From Spirogloea muscicola (taxonomy: Eukaryota): a DNA stretch of 64,000 bases. Each line of letters opens with the position of its first letter. Position 1 is the stretch's first letter. Under the pieces are notes generated by a model. That model was given only the letters and a program-made list of their open reading frames with translations. It had not been told where the DNA came from and did not search any database. Below, piece by piece: positions 42,369 through 55,547 of the stretch. The stretch lies in NCBI GenBank assembly GCA_009602725.1, contig WELB01000008.1, forward strand, positions 1,168,720 through 1,232,719, given 5' to 3'. The translations under genes and the position numbers were made by a program.

Positions 42369-45316
42369 CGCCGCCGCCGCCGCCGCCGCCGCTGCCGCGG
42401 CCGGCGGCGACCGGGCGCTGGTCGGCCTGTCGCTGGAGGACATGGAAGCCCTGGCGACCCGCTTTGGCGAGGTGAGCCTTCCGCGGCCCTAGCTCCATGG
42501 TGGCCGCCGTGCGCAGCTCCGCAAGGTAGCCGGCATGGCGGCTCGGGCGAGCCCTCCGCCGCCGATGCTCGCCACCAGCCTCACTCGGGGCGGCTGCTCC
42601 GCGCCTGCCTGTGCCTGCGCCGTGCAGCAGCGGTACCGGGGCAAGCAGCTCCACCAGTTCGTGTACCAGAACAAGGGCAAGGAGCTCCACGACCTCAAGC
42701 AGCGTGAGAGCCCGCTGGCCCCGCTGCTGTGCCGCCCCCACTGCAAAGCTCTGCTGCGGCCATGGCCCACTCGGGTTTGGGATTTACGGTTCAGGGACGG
42801 CTCTCTGGAGGGCTCCTGGGGGTTGGCTTGACCAGGCGCTGCGATCATTGTCGGTGCACAGTGCCGGCCAAGTTCCGACAAGCGCTCGCCGAGGCTGGCT
42901 GGCGGGTGGGCCGGGCGCCCGTGCACCACGTTGCTGCAGCTGCAGATGGCACTGCCAAGGTCGGCCCTCAGTTTGGCAGCAAGTTGCCTCATTCAAGCTG
43001 TTTTCCGAAAATTCAGGCGCGTTGTTTCCATCATGTTCACAACTGTTCTTACCTGGGGCATATCATAAGGTGCCTGACCCAGTGACGACTGGCAATGTCT
43101 TTGTACGATCACGCCTGGAGGCAAGGCAGTGTAGCATCCAGGCATAGCTGCACCAAGCAATGTCGCAAATTTCTAGCAGACACAGTGCCCCCCTGGTAGC
43201 AGCCAAGAGTGATCCTCATTAGTCCATGCTTAGCATTGTTCAGCTGCTGCTACGGCTGGAGGACAATAGGATGGTTGAGGCTGTTGGCATACCCATGGAG
43301 TTTGCAAGAGGCTCCAAGAAGCTCACAGCTTGCATCTCTTCTCAGGTGGCTTTCACTTGACCTTGTTATGAGTGGCCGCCTGGTTGCTCTTTGCGTCATG
43401 TCAGGCCCTTCGCTGCTGCTTGAGTGTTTGATACAGGTAGTGAAGCTAGACAGGGCAATGTAGATTGTGGTGCCGGTGATATTCCCATCACCGTGTGGTC
43501 TGATGTAGCTGCGGCACCTCTGCGACAGGTGGGCTGTGCTTTGAGATGCTCATTCTGCGCAACTGGAAAGGGGGGCTTTGCTCGCAACCTTCAAACTTTT
43601 GAGATTGTGGACCAGGTATAATGGCAATCGTTGCTAGGGTGGCTGAAAGGCTTGGACAGGCTGCTCGAGTTGCTCGAACTGCTTTGACCTGTACTTTAGC
43701 AATCAAAATTGTCAGGTGCCGAAGGCTTGGCCTAACAGACAGCTTCGTGATGCCTCTCCCCAACGCCAACAAGCAGGTGCTAGCACTCGAGGAGCTCTTC
43801 CAGCACCGTGTGAGCAACATTGTCTTCATGGGAATGGGGGAGCCGCTCATGAACATGTCGGCCGTTCTGAGAGCTGTGCATTCAATCAACAAGGTGCGCA
43901 AGTGGGCTGCTGTTGCCTCGGACAAGTAATTACTCTGTTGCTCTTGACGTTGCAAGACTGCTTCCTTGTCCAACTTGCCTTGCTTGAGCAACTTGGGATG
44001 TATGCTTCTGTCAATTGTTGATGTTAGAATCAAGGTCAAGCTCAGAAGCTGGCATGATGTTGCATGCAGGACGTCGGCATAGGAGCTCGGATGATGACAA
44101 TCTCTACAGTGGGGGTTCCCAACACTATAAAGCGCTTAGCTCAGCACAATCTGCAGTCCACCCTTGCCATCAGGTAGGCTGCTGAGGGCCAACTTGCCTA
44201 CTCCACCAGTGAGAGTTTGCCTCCTTGCATGCTTCCCGTTGACCAACCTCAGAGCTTGCATATAGCTCCCGCTGTCTGTTGAGTGGCAATTAGGTCCTCA
44301 GACCCAGAGATTGAGGCTGTGTGCAAAACTTGTAGCATCATCATATCTTCTGTTTGTAAGGAAAAACTTAGCCAAATGTCACAGCATGTAGTATAGAGTC
44401 TCTTAAGGAAACTACGAGTACTAAGTAAGCCAAGTGCAAGTATGTGCAGCTTGCATGCACCTACGCAACAACTGCGAGAGCAGATAGTACCAAGTGCAAA
44501 AATATATCCACTTGAGGTACTCCTACAGGACTGTCGATCCTACTTCCAGGCCACTGGGCGGAGGGTGTCGTTTGAGTATACGCTACTAGGTATGTATTGC
44601 TGTCTTCCTGTCGTGCTATGTCCTGTCTAATAAGCAGAGCTTCTGGGTGTTCTATAGTCTATAGTATCTTCTCCTAGCCTGTCAATCGTGGGTAGGACAT
44701 CTGCGAGAGAGTCTCTGCATTGTGCATTGGAGGAGCAGCTCAACACTGTTCATCAGTGGAGAAGGTCAAGGGTCAGCATGAGTGAATTCCTCATATTGCT
44801 ATTCGTTTGTGACAGCCGGCGTAAATGATCAGAGGGAGCATGCGAACCAGCTTGCAGAACTACTACGGCATTGGGGGTTAGGCCAGCACGTCAACGTAAT
44901 ACCTTACAACCCTGTTGACGACTCTGAATACCGGCGACCCAGCAGGAATGCTGTAAGTCCTTCTCAGAAGTATGTGGCATGTGCCTGCTACTTAAAGCCA
45001 TGCCTCTGAAGGATTCTACAAACATATTCTACACTGCATGCAGGTGGCTATTTTGTGTAAGATAAGACTGCATGGTGTTTATGCTTCTGCAGTGCGAGGA
45101 GGGCTGAGCATTTGCATTTCTTTGCAGGTGATGGCTTTTGTTGATCAACTAGCGCAGAGAAAGGTGACAGCCACGATACGGCATACCAGGGGCCTCGAGG
45201 CCAATGCTGCGTGCGGCCAGCTCAGAAACCAGTTTCAGAAGACGCCATACAGGACAGCCACAGAGGCATTGTCATCCCCCCTGAGAGGCGATGAAGCTTT
45301 GCCACTTGCTGTCTAG
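42369..45316 (+). CDS. rlmN: Radical-SAM RNA methyltransferase RlmN (probably organelle-targeted), 5'-partial
   Basis: [51 protein letters not shown] (CxxxCxxC); [54 protein letters not shown]. Confidence 0.95.
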
Positions 45317-45659
45317 TTAGCATCTTGCATAAATTCCATCTCGCATCTTGGAATTGATGCGACTGACTGTCCATCATGGCCTCTTGGCTAACTGCTGGTA
45401 GGTCAGCACTGATAGAGAGCCACATGGACTCAGCACGTCATGACTGATGGAAAGGCTGGTTGCCTTCTTTTGCGTAGCTCAAGCAGTCGAAGGACCAAGC
45501 TCCCACTTTGATAAGGTATCAGGTGATAGGAGGCTGTAACGAGCAGGTCGAGGGCCCCACAAGATGAACGCATCATCCTGCCTGAAGCGTGGACACTGTC
45601 AGAATCTTCTCCAGATCATGGTCAGTCAAAGCGGGGACTGATGTTCGAGCTAGCCAGCC

Positions 45660-46570
45660 CAGAGGAAAGGTGGAAGCGGCTGCTGCCATTTAAGGGCGGC
45701 TGTTAAAGGCAGCCGAATGCAGACGGGAAGTAGTTGGGTGCACTTATACTGAGCGGGAGCTGCAGACTTGGCAGCTCAGGGCCCGCTCAGTGTACCCTAA
45801 ACCCTCAACAGGAGGAGGTGTCAGATGAGCTGAGGGAGGGAGAACCTCGCGCACAGGCCAGAGGCTGCGTTATGGGGCACAGCCTGTAGGGAATGCATGT
45901 AGGGCAGAATGGAGGCCCGCTAGTTGCCATAGGGAGGAAAGCGCGCACGGTGCGCATGAAATGAAGGGGTGGCCAATTCAAGCCAATACATTCAAGCCGA
46001 TACATGGGGAAGAAAAGAGCGCGGCTCAACTGACTGGTGGCTGTGAGAGGCCAGCCCAAAGGAATGGACAAGGTCTGAAGGAGCCGGATGGCGCAGAAAG
46101 CAAGGTACATGGGGTAGAGGGCGCAGCGGCCGTCAGCGTGCGGCACGGCCACGAGCGGAGGTGCGCGTGGCGGCGTTGGGGCGGGAACGCGCCGTCAGGA
46201 GAGCGAGACAAGGCGCGGATGGACTGGAGGGGAGGCCAAACAGAGCCGAGAAGGTATTAGAAGAGAGGGCTCGCCCATTGAGGATAGGGGCTGGAAAAAA
46301 GAAGAAAGAAAGGGCTCGCCCATTGAGGATAGGGGCTGGAAAAGCCATCCCAAGAAGGCATTCCAGGCAACAGGCAGTGCAAAGACTTGGGCGACGCACA
46401 AGATGACTGCGGCTGCTGATACCACAGAAGTGGCTGTGAAAGGGAGTGCAAGCATTGGGGCGATACAGAGCTGAAGCCCAAAGTGAAAGCGGCTGCTGAT
46501 ATGAAAGAATCGGCTGTGAAATGCCAGCCAGATGCATACAGGTAGGTGTTCATGACCGAGCCAAAGCCCA
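45660..46570 (-). mobile_element. Stack of RLE retrotransposon 3'-end modules upstream of P4H
   Basis: Module variants at ~45675, ~45937 (gcgcgcacggtgcgcatgaa...ggccaat) and ~46040 (ggctgtgagaggccagcccaaaggaatggacaaggtct). Tandem agggctcgcccattgaggataggggctggaaaa at ~46267 and ~46311. The copy at ~46486 is near-identical to 19678. Confidence 0.72.
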
Positions 46571-46999
46571 GGAGTGCGCGGCACGCGCTGCGGGATGCGG
46601 GGCATCTCTCGCGTGGGGGGCGATCCGGCGAGTTGGCGGGTATCTGCCGGTGGCTGGGACGGGGAAAAGTGAAGGGGAGGCGGGGCGGACCGCCGTCGGG
46701 GCGGCCAACGGGAGAGCCAGCCGTGGGGGGGGGGGGCGCCTGCGGTACTGGGGCCAGCGTCGACCCAGTCCCCCGCTCGCCCGTCACGACCCCCTCGTCG
46801 CTGTCCCACCCCACGGGCCGTGGAAAGGAGACGAGGTGTCAAGGCCAAGGCCAATGGCCTTCCAAACGGCAAAGCGCACGACGGGACCGGGGGGGGCCCG
46901 ACGGCGCCGCCGCCCCGGCCGTCGGCGGCCGCTCGCTCGGGACATCCCGCTTGGCCCGCCTTGCCCACCCGCCGCCCCGCTACCACCCGCCGCCGCACG

Positions 47000-49817
47000 A
47001 TGGCCGCGCCGCAGCCGTGCCGCCGCCGGCGGGGCCGCCTGGCGGTCGCCGCTCTCTCGCTCCTGGCGTGGGCCGCGCTCGCCAGCGCCAGGACGACGCT
47101 GGAGGCGGACACCCTGCCGGGCTGGATGGGCGAGACGTGAGTGCCCCACACTGGCTTCCCCCCACGGTGCCGGCAACCCATTGCACTGCCCTGGGCGGCT
47201 CGCATTGCCGAGACGAAGCCAGCAGCGGCCTAAAGGAGGGGCTCAGATCTCTGCAATTTCATGAGCCGCAATTTGGCAGTTGCTGGCACTGCATAATGTG
47301 CTGGAGTCAGGGGGAAACATCCAGAGACATGGCAACCTGTCCATGACTGTCTGGAGACGTCCAAGTCGTGTCTGGGAAGTGGGGAATCAGGGCCGTATGA
47401 GTCACTCACAATTGCAGCATTGCGTCGCGCTATGCGCGTGTGTAAGGTTCATGCAGTGGCATGCTCGCCGGCATGTTCCTGTGACTGTGGCTCAAGTTGG
47501 CACTGCCCTCACAGATGCCAAGAATGCGTGTCGACGCTCGATAGGCATCTCTTTCAGAAGGCACAGTAACTCGGAAGTGACCTGCACTGTGAGGAGCGGT
47601 TGTTAAGCCTAGGCGCGTGAGCATTTTTCATCCAGGCATCACGGGCCGCGGCGCAAGGTCAAGCGCAGTACTTCTACTCGCAGGGGAGTCTCTAAGCTCA
47701 GCACTGGAAACCCCCCTGCTCCAGAGAAGTGGGTCTTGAACCCCAGCAGAGTCATCCAGCTTTCATGGAAGCCCAGGTAAGCAAGGTCAAGTTGCTTGTG
47801 CTTTGCTGCTGTCTTTTACTTTTACTGGCATCTGCTCCAGCCATTGCTGTCAGAGCACTGTCGATCAAGAGCGCTTCTGCGCAACAGCTGCTGCTCAGAT
47901 AAATTTAATGGTTCAGGGCATTCTTGTACAAGGGCTTCCTGACTATGGAAGAGTGCGATCACATGATCAAACTGGTGAGCACCATTCAGCAGGCCTATGA
48001 TGGTAGGTTGGCTTAAAGCTTGTGCATGCACGCTGTGCTGTGGCAAGCACTGCTGCTTTCAGTCCAGTCAATGTTCAGACCCAACACCCTCTTATATGTT
48101 GACGTGATTCTTGAGGCTGGAGAAGTCTTCGCCGGGCAATGTTTCTTGGCACAAGCGTTGGCCTGCAATCAGCACTGCATAAGCTAAGCGTCGTACATTG
48201 GCATCCTGTTCACCCTTGTATGCAGGCCACACCCCATCTTGCGCGATCAACAGTGGCAGATAATGAGTCCGGCAAGAGTGTCCTGAGCGAAATCCGGACC
48301 AGCTCGGGCATGTTCATCAATAAATACTATGTACTGCACAAGCTCACTGTGATGCTTGTTGGTTTGTGGACTGTGACTTGACTATATGCCCCTGTGATGG
48401 CTTTCATCAGAATGTGGAGCTGTGACAAAGGTTCCCTTTTTTGCAGGATGATGTAATTCTTGGTATCGAAGAGAAGATTGCAGCCTGGACCTTTTTGCCC
48501 AAAGGTAAAATAATACTGCTCCTCCAATCATTACTGTGACATCCTACATACTTCTTGCAGGGTGGACGCCCTAGTCGAGCTGATCAGATCACACCTGCAG
48601 ACGTATACATGCTACTTATGCCTAGTCAGTCTCGAAATTCAACTATTGTTGTAGCTATTGTTGTAGCAAAGGCATGAATGCAAGAGATGCTTATCAGAAT
48701 AAGGGATGCTCGTCATGCTCGTGACACTCACCGTCTATGGTGTTTGTGCTTGTAGAGAATGGCGAAGCTATCCAGGTTCTGCGATATGACCTGGGCCAAA
48801 AGTACGAACCACACTTTGACTATTTCCAGGATGCCACTAATGCAGCCATGGGTGGACATCGCGTGGCCACAGTGCTGATGTACTTGTCAAATGTTACCAA
48901 GGGTGGAGAGACCGTTTTCCCAAGTGCTGAGGTATGTAGAAGTTTGTATGGGATGTATAGATCTGGCACATCAATTCGAAGTCACAAATGGGTGAAGAGG
49001 GAATCTGAGACATGAGCAGACACTTCTCTTTCTTAGCTCTGTATGCTGCTTGGGTTGTAAGCACGGCAGTCGCATGAGACTGTGTGAGAGAGTGGCAGCT
49101 GTGTACGTGTCAGCTGACAACAATGTAACGGAATAGCACAGTCGAGAGAACAGGGCTCACAGAGATCGCAGCAAGGTCTGGTTGGTTCCTATTGTGTTCA
49201 TCTCGCACCTGAGATGAAATTGGGTGAACAGTTGGCTGACAGTCTCTCCTCATGTGAACAGGATATGGTTAACATGGAAAAGGATGACAGCTGGTCAGAA
49301 TGCGGGAAGAAGGGGGCTGCAGGTAGGAATCTGTCTGTTGAGCTCTTAGTCCGATGCCTCCCCTCCAGAAGTGCATTTGCATCTTGGCAGCTCGCTCTAT
49401 CATAGCCAACAACTTGTCTGCAATTTGATGCTTGCACTAGCTGGAAGAGTCAGAGCCCCAGAGTCCTGTTTGAGAGGAGTGCTCATCTTATCTTCTGCAG
49501 TCAAGCCCATCAAGGGAGATGCGCTCCTCTTCTTCAGCCTGCACCCAGACGCCTCGCCCGATGAATGGTCACTGCACACAGGCTGCCCTGTGGTTCAGGG
49601 CGAAAAGTACTCTGCCACAAAGTGGATCCACGTCAACTCCTTTGACCCTAAGCCCAGGCCGGACCCTAACAAATGCACTGATGAGGAGGCAAGGTGCGGC
49701 GAGTGGGCGGCCATGGGAGAGTGCACAAAGAACCCGGAGTTCATGGTTGGCTCAGTGGAATTCGGAGGTGCGTGTAGAAAATCTTGCAGAGCATGCAAGA
49801 AGAATACCGCGTCTTGA
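47000..49817 (+). CDS. P4H: Prolyl 4-hydroxylase with C-terminal ShKT domain, multi-exon
   Basis: Signal anchor; PSRVIQLSWKPR|AFLYKGFLTMEECDH; RSTVADNESGKSVLSEIRTSSGMF; ENGEAIQVLRYDLGQKYEPHFDYF; GGHRVATVLMYL; SLHTGCPVVQGEKYSATKWIH; C..C.EWA..GEC.KNP.FM....CRKSCRAC. Confidence 0.96.
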
Positions 49818-49949
49818 TACCAGAGTTATGGCACTCCTACCTCAAGTTAGCTACTCTATACAAGCCAGGGCCGCCTGCCTATGACTCCCCTGGTTAATAC
49901 AAGGATTATCTTACTAGATTTTAGTTGCCATTTGTGCCGCACTAATAGC

Positions 49950-50960
49950 ATGTACCCTTGGTGCTTTGATGCCTCAATAACACCATATCTGTTGTGTTGA
50001 CTTTGAGAAAGTTGAGTTCTTTGCTAATGCGGTGTATGTTTTGAAAGTGCTTGTCAAGTAGAGCCCTGGAGGTGCAGGCAATCATGGGCATCTCTGCCAA
50101 TAAGAGCATGTGCAGCAGCTTCAAAGCAGTGGCCATGCGAAGCCAACCTCTTGGTCGACTGAGGCACAGCAAGTCAGACCAAGGTTCACCACTGCGTTGC
50201 GCCTCCAGCGCAGGGGGGTAATTCGTGGAAGGTCTAAGTGGCATGAGGCATGGAAGGCCCGCAAAGGCAGCTGGAAGCTGTGGTTGCTGTCTGGCAGAGG
50301 GCAAAAAGTAGGTTCAGGGCAAAGGAAGGAGAAGCACTTCTCAGAGCCGGCCAACTGCAGACAGAGAAAGGCAGTCACATCAACATCAGCTTAGTCAATG
50401 GCCTTAGGCCAACGTGAAAGCCTTGCCGGCTGATACAATGACTGGCTGTGCAAGACAAGCCAGGATTGTTGAGTGCAGGTGAAGCGGAGGACCACCTTTG
50501 AGGTACAGCGCTCGCTGAAATTTAAGACCAGCGCTGTGAAGGCCAGTCAAGGGCGTATGAAAGATGACCATGTGGTGTGCGTACCCTACTCTAGCCACAG
50601 GCCAAGAGGGGCCACTGAAACGGCCTCGTCAGCACAACGAAGTTGGGTAAGCTAAGAAGGAAACAGGTATCCCACTGCCGAGCTGGAGGCTGCACAGTGA
50701 TGTAGTGTAAGAGCTTGGGGAAATGGAGCACGACAGCTCAGGACGAAGGGGGACATTGGTCTGGAGCGCTGCAAAGACATAGACAGTGGCAAATGTCAGA
50801 TGGACATCAGGCCCAAGTGCCCCAGTTGGCATTGCCCCTTATTCGCACAACTGCTGCACTTGGCAAGACAGCAGCCCAAGCACTGACCACTGCCGACATA
50901 ACACATGTGGACGACCATGGCCGACAGGTAGAAGGTATCACCAGCAAGAATGAATGGTGC
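49950..50960 (-). mobile_element. Older, heavily decayed RLE non-LTR retrotransposon fragment
   Basis: Frameshifted remnants in the expected order: 'LQLGSGIPVSFL', 'LLACG*SRVRTPHGHLSYAL..LHSAGLKFQR', 'DVDVT', 'AAAHALIGR'. Confidence 0.45.
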
Positions 50961-51629
50961 TGACACCTGATAATCACTGCCTCTCCCCCGCTATCCCCTT
51001 CTGTTTCCTGCTTCCACTAAAAAGGAAGTGCATCTGTAAGAGGCCAGCCCAATCAGTCTAACAAATGGACCGCGCGTCGGAGCTCACAGGATCGAGGTGA
51101 TCTGGGCAAGCATGCATGTTTTGCTGATGCACCTCTCCGTCTTGCTGCAGCGATGCAGGACGTCTGCATTGCATCTGCGTGCTGTATGCGCTCCAGAAGC
51201 AGCGGCCTCAGGATCCCGGCAGGGTACCTGCTGCAACCCTTCTCACAACCGTCCTCTGACTAGCTGACCAGTGGCGAATGCCTTCACTGCACCAGCGCCG
51301 GACACCTTCAGTGCGCATCGTCCTTGACTGGCAAGTCTCGGCCCACTCGTGCCCACCCTCGTCCCGCGGGCTCCTCGTAGCCACTGTGTCGGATGAAAGC
51401 CCGTTCGTTCTGCCAGCCCAGTCCGACCTGCGGCTGCTAACCCCGGCCTGGTCCAACCAGGTCCCACCGGCGCTGCGCACAGCGTGGTGCTTCCCGCCGA
51501 GCGCTGCTTGCAGCGCCGCGCACGCCCGCCGTGCCTCTGGGCTTCGCCGCGGCGGAGGCCGCCATCGCTGCGGAAGGCTGGGCTTGTGGGTTCTGGAGAC
51601 GCGGACGCTGGGGCCCGTCAAGTGGAACT

Positions 51630-51890
51630 GAAGAAGGCTCGCCCATAGAGAAAGAAAATGCGTGTATATTAAGAGATGGGGAGGCCATGTGTGGCCAAGT
51701 ACAAAGGCAAGCACATTGGACAAATGTACGTCACCTGCTGCTAAGCTGACCCGCTGAAGGCTCGCCCATAGAGAAAGAGGGGCTGGCAAAGCCAGCCCAA
51801 AAAGAATGGACAATGTCCAAAGCCGAAGAAGGGCGCGGCTGTTGGGACTGAAGGAGCGGCTGTGAACGCCGGCCAGGTGCATTCCTGAGG
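51630..51890 (-). mobile_element. RLE retrotransposon 3'-end modules upstream of the LWD gene
   Basis: gaaggctcgcccatagagaaagaggggctggcaaagccagcccaaaaagaatggacaatgtccaaagccgaagaa (51757-51830) is essentially identical to ~4117-4190 and to the reverse complement of ~5027-5100. UTR piece ggccaagtacaaa.gcaagcaca..gg...atgtac.tcacctgctgctaagctg is shared with ~59490. Confidence 0.78.
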
Positions 51891-51945
51891 GTCGCAGCTC
51901 CGTCTCCCGCACCTGGCCCGCTCTGTCCCCGCGCCGAGCGCGGCA

Positions 51946-51980
<35 letters not shown>

Positions 51981-52288
51981 ACCTCATCTGGGTGGGTGGA
52001 GCTCCGTCAGCGCGTCACCGTACCGGCTCTACCNGCTGCCTCCGCCGCCGCCGCTGCCGCCGTTGCCGCCGCGGCGACCCGCCGTCGCCTGGTGCGCACA
52101 TGCGCGCCATCGTCTGCAAGTGCCGCAGAGCCGTGTGGCGCGGGCGGCAGCGACGAGCGCCGCTCGGCCGCTTCTGGCGTCGGGCCGAGCTCGCCGGTAG
52201 TCCGTGGCCCCGGGAAGCCGAGCCACAGCTCCGACGGCCGTAGCGCACACGGCGTGGTGCGGACGCCGGGGAAGCGCTGGGGAAGGAC

Positions 52289-54680
52289 ATGGACCTGTAC
52301 GCGCAGGAGCCGCCCAAGCGCGCGGAGATCTACACGTACGAGGCGCCTTGGCTCATCTACGGCATGAACTGGAGCGTCCGCCGCGACAAGAACTTCCGCC
52401 TCGCCATCGGCAGCTTCATTGGTACCTCGCTTCTTCCCCCTGCTGGTGCATACGAGGGACAAGCTCCGTCAGCTGGTCTTTCTCAGGCAACTGCGCTCTC
52501 AAGTAGACCGCACCTTGTGTGCAAATGCTGCTGCCTTAGAATCATGTTGTGCAGGGTTGCTTTGACAGGCTGCTTCTCCTTTACCCATCATACAATGTAG
52601 GGGCTGGGTCTTACACGCCCTGTGCACTGCTGAGTTGTCCTCGTGTATGTGGACAACAAGGATGCATTAGCAGAAGTTATCAGTATCTGCTTTAGCAGAC
52701 GCATAAAGTGTGATGTGTTTTTGCTCTGTGCAGAAGAGCATGCAAACAAGGTGGAGATTGTGCAGCTCGACGATGAAACTAGCCAGTTCAAGGCTGTCCC
52801 GAATATGACATTCAATCACCCTTATCCAGCCACCAAGATCATGTTCATACCTGACAAGGAGTGCCAGGTTTGTATTGCTTGTACCGTTTGCAGGCCTGGG
52901 TGTCAGCCCTATGAGATGCCCTCTCGTTTAGCAGCTGCAGTGGAGGCTGACTGCAGTGGTTTTGTGTGCAGAAACCAGACCTCATTGCCACCACAGGCGA
53001 CTACCTCCGCATTTGGCATGTCAAGGATGATGGCGTAGAATTGAAGGTAGGACATGCTTGTTGACCACTTTCTTGTCAATCAAAACCCCTGAATCACTGC
53101 CACTCAATCTGCAAAATGCCACCCAGCTAGTCCCTTTCTCTTGACACCCTGTGTCAGTCTGGAGACATCCGTTTCTTAGCATTTCGAGGCCCCTGCCCAA
53201 CGGACTGAATATGGTGACATCCAGCAGCAGATAGGTAGCAGTCAGCCGGTGTTTGACAAGCAAAGCAAGGAGATCCTAAAATGTTTGTCAGACGTGCAAT
53301 TGTTGTTGAGTTCAGGTGCATAGCTGTTTCTGATCTGCAGTTTCACTCATGCCATTTACAGAGCACTTTAAACAACAACAAGCACAGCGAGTTCTGTGCT
53401 CCATTGACGTCATTTGACTGGAATGACTCCGAGCCAAGGCGATTGGGAACCTCGTCAATTGATACAACTTGCACAATCTGGGACATAGAGAAAGAAGTGG
53501 TGGACACACAGCTCATTGCACATGATAAAGAGGTATGTTTCCATGAGTTTAGCACTTTCACCTCCATCTCATCTGATGGCTGGTCATATACTGGGGCTTG
53601 GGTACCAGCCATAGCTTTGTGAGAGCAGCTGACCTTCCTACTCAGTCATGCTCAATGACCCATTGCTGTACTAGCTTGGACTTCAGATGAACATTATTTT
53701 TTAATTTGGCAGGTGTACGATATCGCTTGGGGAGGTGTGGGCGTATTTGCTTCAGTATCTGCAGATGGCTCTGTCAGGGTTTTTGACCTCCGTGACAAGG
53801 AGCACTCCACCATCATATATGAAAGTCCTCAGCCGGAGACGCCGCTGCTGCGATTAGGGTGGAACAAGCAGGTCAGATCCCTCTTCTTTGATACATTCTT
53901 GGCATCCATACTTGACCACGCTGTTTAGGTTGCCAAGTTTGCAGCTGCTACGAGCATGTTGTGACAGGACAGTCGTGTATATCACGTAAAAGGAACGAGG
54001 AAGAGCCATGAAGTAAGTGTGAGACTATGTCAAAGCGCATTGCTCTGACAAACTGCTCCAACAAGCAGGATCCTCGGTACATGGCAACCATCCTTATGGA
54101 TAGCTCCAAGGTGGTTGTGCTTGACATACGATTTCCCACTCTGCCAATCGCAGAGCTACAGGCAAGTATTGGCTTGATATTGCCCCTCGTATGTCAGCCA
54201 AGGTGTGGTTGCACTGTCATGATGAAGTGGTAATTCGACAGAAAGTCAGGCTTGGCCTGCAGTCTAATCTGGTGACGTGCTGATCAGTATCAGCACGTGG
54301 TAATCACCTGGTTATCGACATTTGAATTTTCCAGACCCATCGCTATCTAGCTTGTCATAGTAGCGTGCATATGTATGGAGCTTAGCATCAAAGGCGTCTG
54401 TTCTGAAGCAGCTGCTCTGGGTCTACTGCAGCGGCATCAGGCGTGCGTGAACGCTGTCGCTTGGGCGCCCCACAGCTCCTGCCACATCTGCACCGCAGGG
54501 GATGATGCACAGGCCTTGATTTGGGACCTTTCAACGCTCAGCCAGCCTGTGGATGGAGGGCTGGACCCCATTTTGGCATACACAGCTGGCGCCGAAATAA
54601 ATCAGCTGCAATGGTCCTCAACTCAGCCCGACTGGGTTGCAATTGCCTTCTCTACCAAGCTCCAGATATTACGGGTCTGA
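52289..54680 (+). CDS. LWD1: WD40 protein LWD1/AN11/DCAF7 (WDR68) orthologue, multi-exon
   Basis: [119 protein letters not shown]. Confidence 0.97.
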
Positions 54681-55482
54681 CAAAGTACTGTAAAAGCTGG
54701 TGACACTGTAGAAGCTGGGTGCAACACAGCTTAGGCAGATATTGCAGGCAATTCTTCCAAATTCCGTCTTGGGAAGAGATTAGTCGGTCAACTAGGCCAG
54801 CGGGACAGTCTGGTATACTGCTACGAGTGGTGTGAACCTCGCTGGGCAGCCTTGTTGAAGTTGTCAGGCCTGGGGCCATGGCCAAGATGAAGCAGGCTGT
54901 GAGCCTGGACGAAGTTTTCATTCCAATTAGAACCTTCCTTTGAAACCAGATCAGCGCACGGTCACTGTTTGCCTTTGTGCCTTTCCTTGCGGATAGCTTG
55001 CAGGCGAGGGCAGAGTAGGTGACACTGATGGCTGCAATGGTGGGTCATCATCGTCCTCGCTGCCCACATGGGAAGGTCGCTCGTAGAGAGCGAGAGCAAG
55101 TGGGGATGGGGAGGGCGTGGATGTGATACCCACTTACGGCTGCTTCGGAAACCGTTCTCACGCGGGGCTCTTTAGAAAAATGGCTCGAGAACAGAGGACC
55201 ATGGCGAAGATGGGTCATGCTGCTCAAATCTGACAGAAGAGAGATTATGCTGTGGCCGCTCTGCAGAACCCCTCGCCAGGACAGCAACCAGAGACACGAG
55301 GCGGGGGCCTCTGCCTAAGCGGCAATTTTTCAACTTTGATTGAGCATTCGGCTGCAAATTGGTAATTAGCACCCCGGCCACTCCGGCGTACCCTAGACAC
55401 TCCGCTCGCCTTCAGGCCTGCTGGTAAAGCGGCCGTCGCAGCAACACCCGTCGGCCCAGCCGCCGCCGCCGGCGCCGCCGAC

Positions 55483-55513
<31 letters not shown>

Positions 55514-55547
55514 CCCCCGCCGCCGCAGTGTGGAGGCCGCCGTCGCG

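Noticed and set aside
46195..47346. Long overlapping Arg/Ala/Pro/Gly-rich ORFs in GC-rich zones (also ~5100-6000, 19000-20600, 58000-58700)
   Set aside because: Stop-poor by composition. These are alternative or antisense frames of first exons and repeats.
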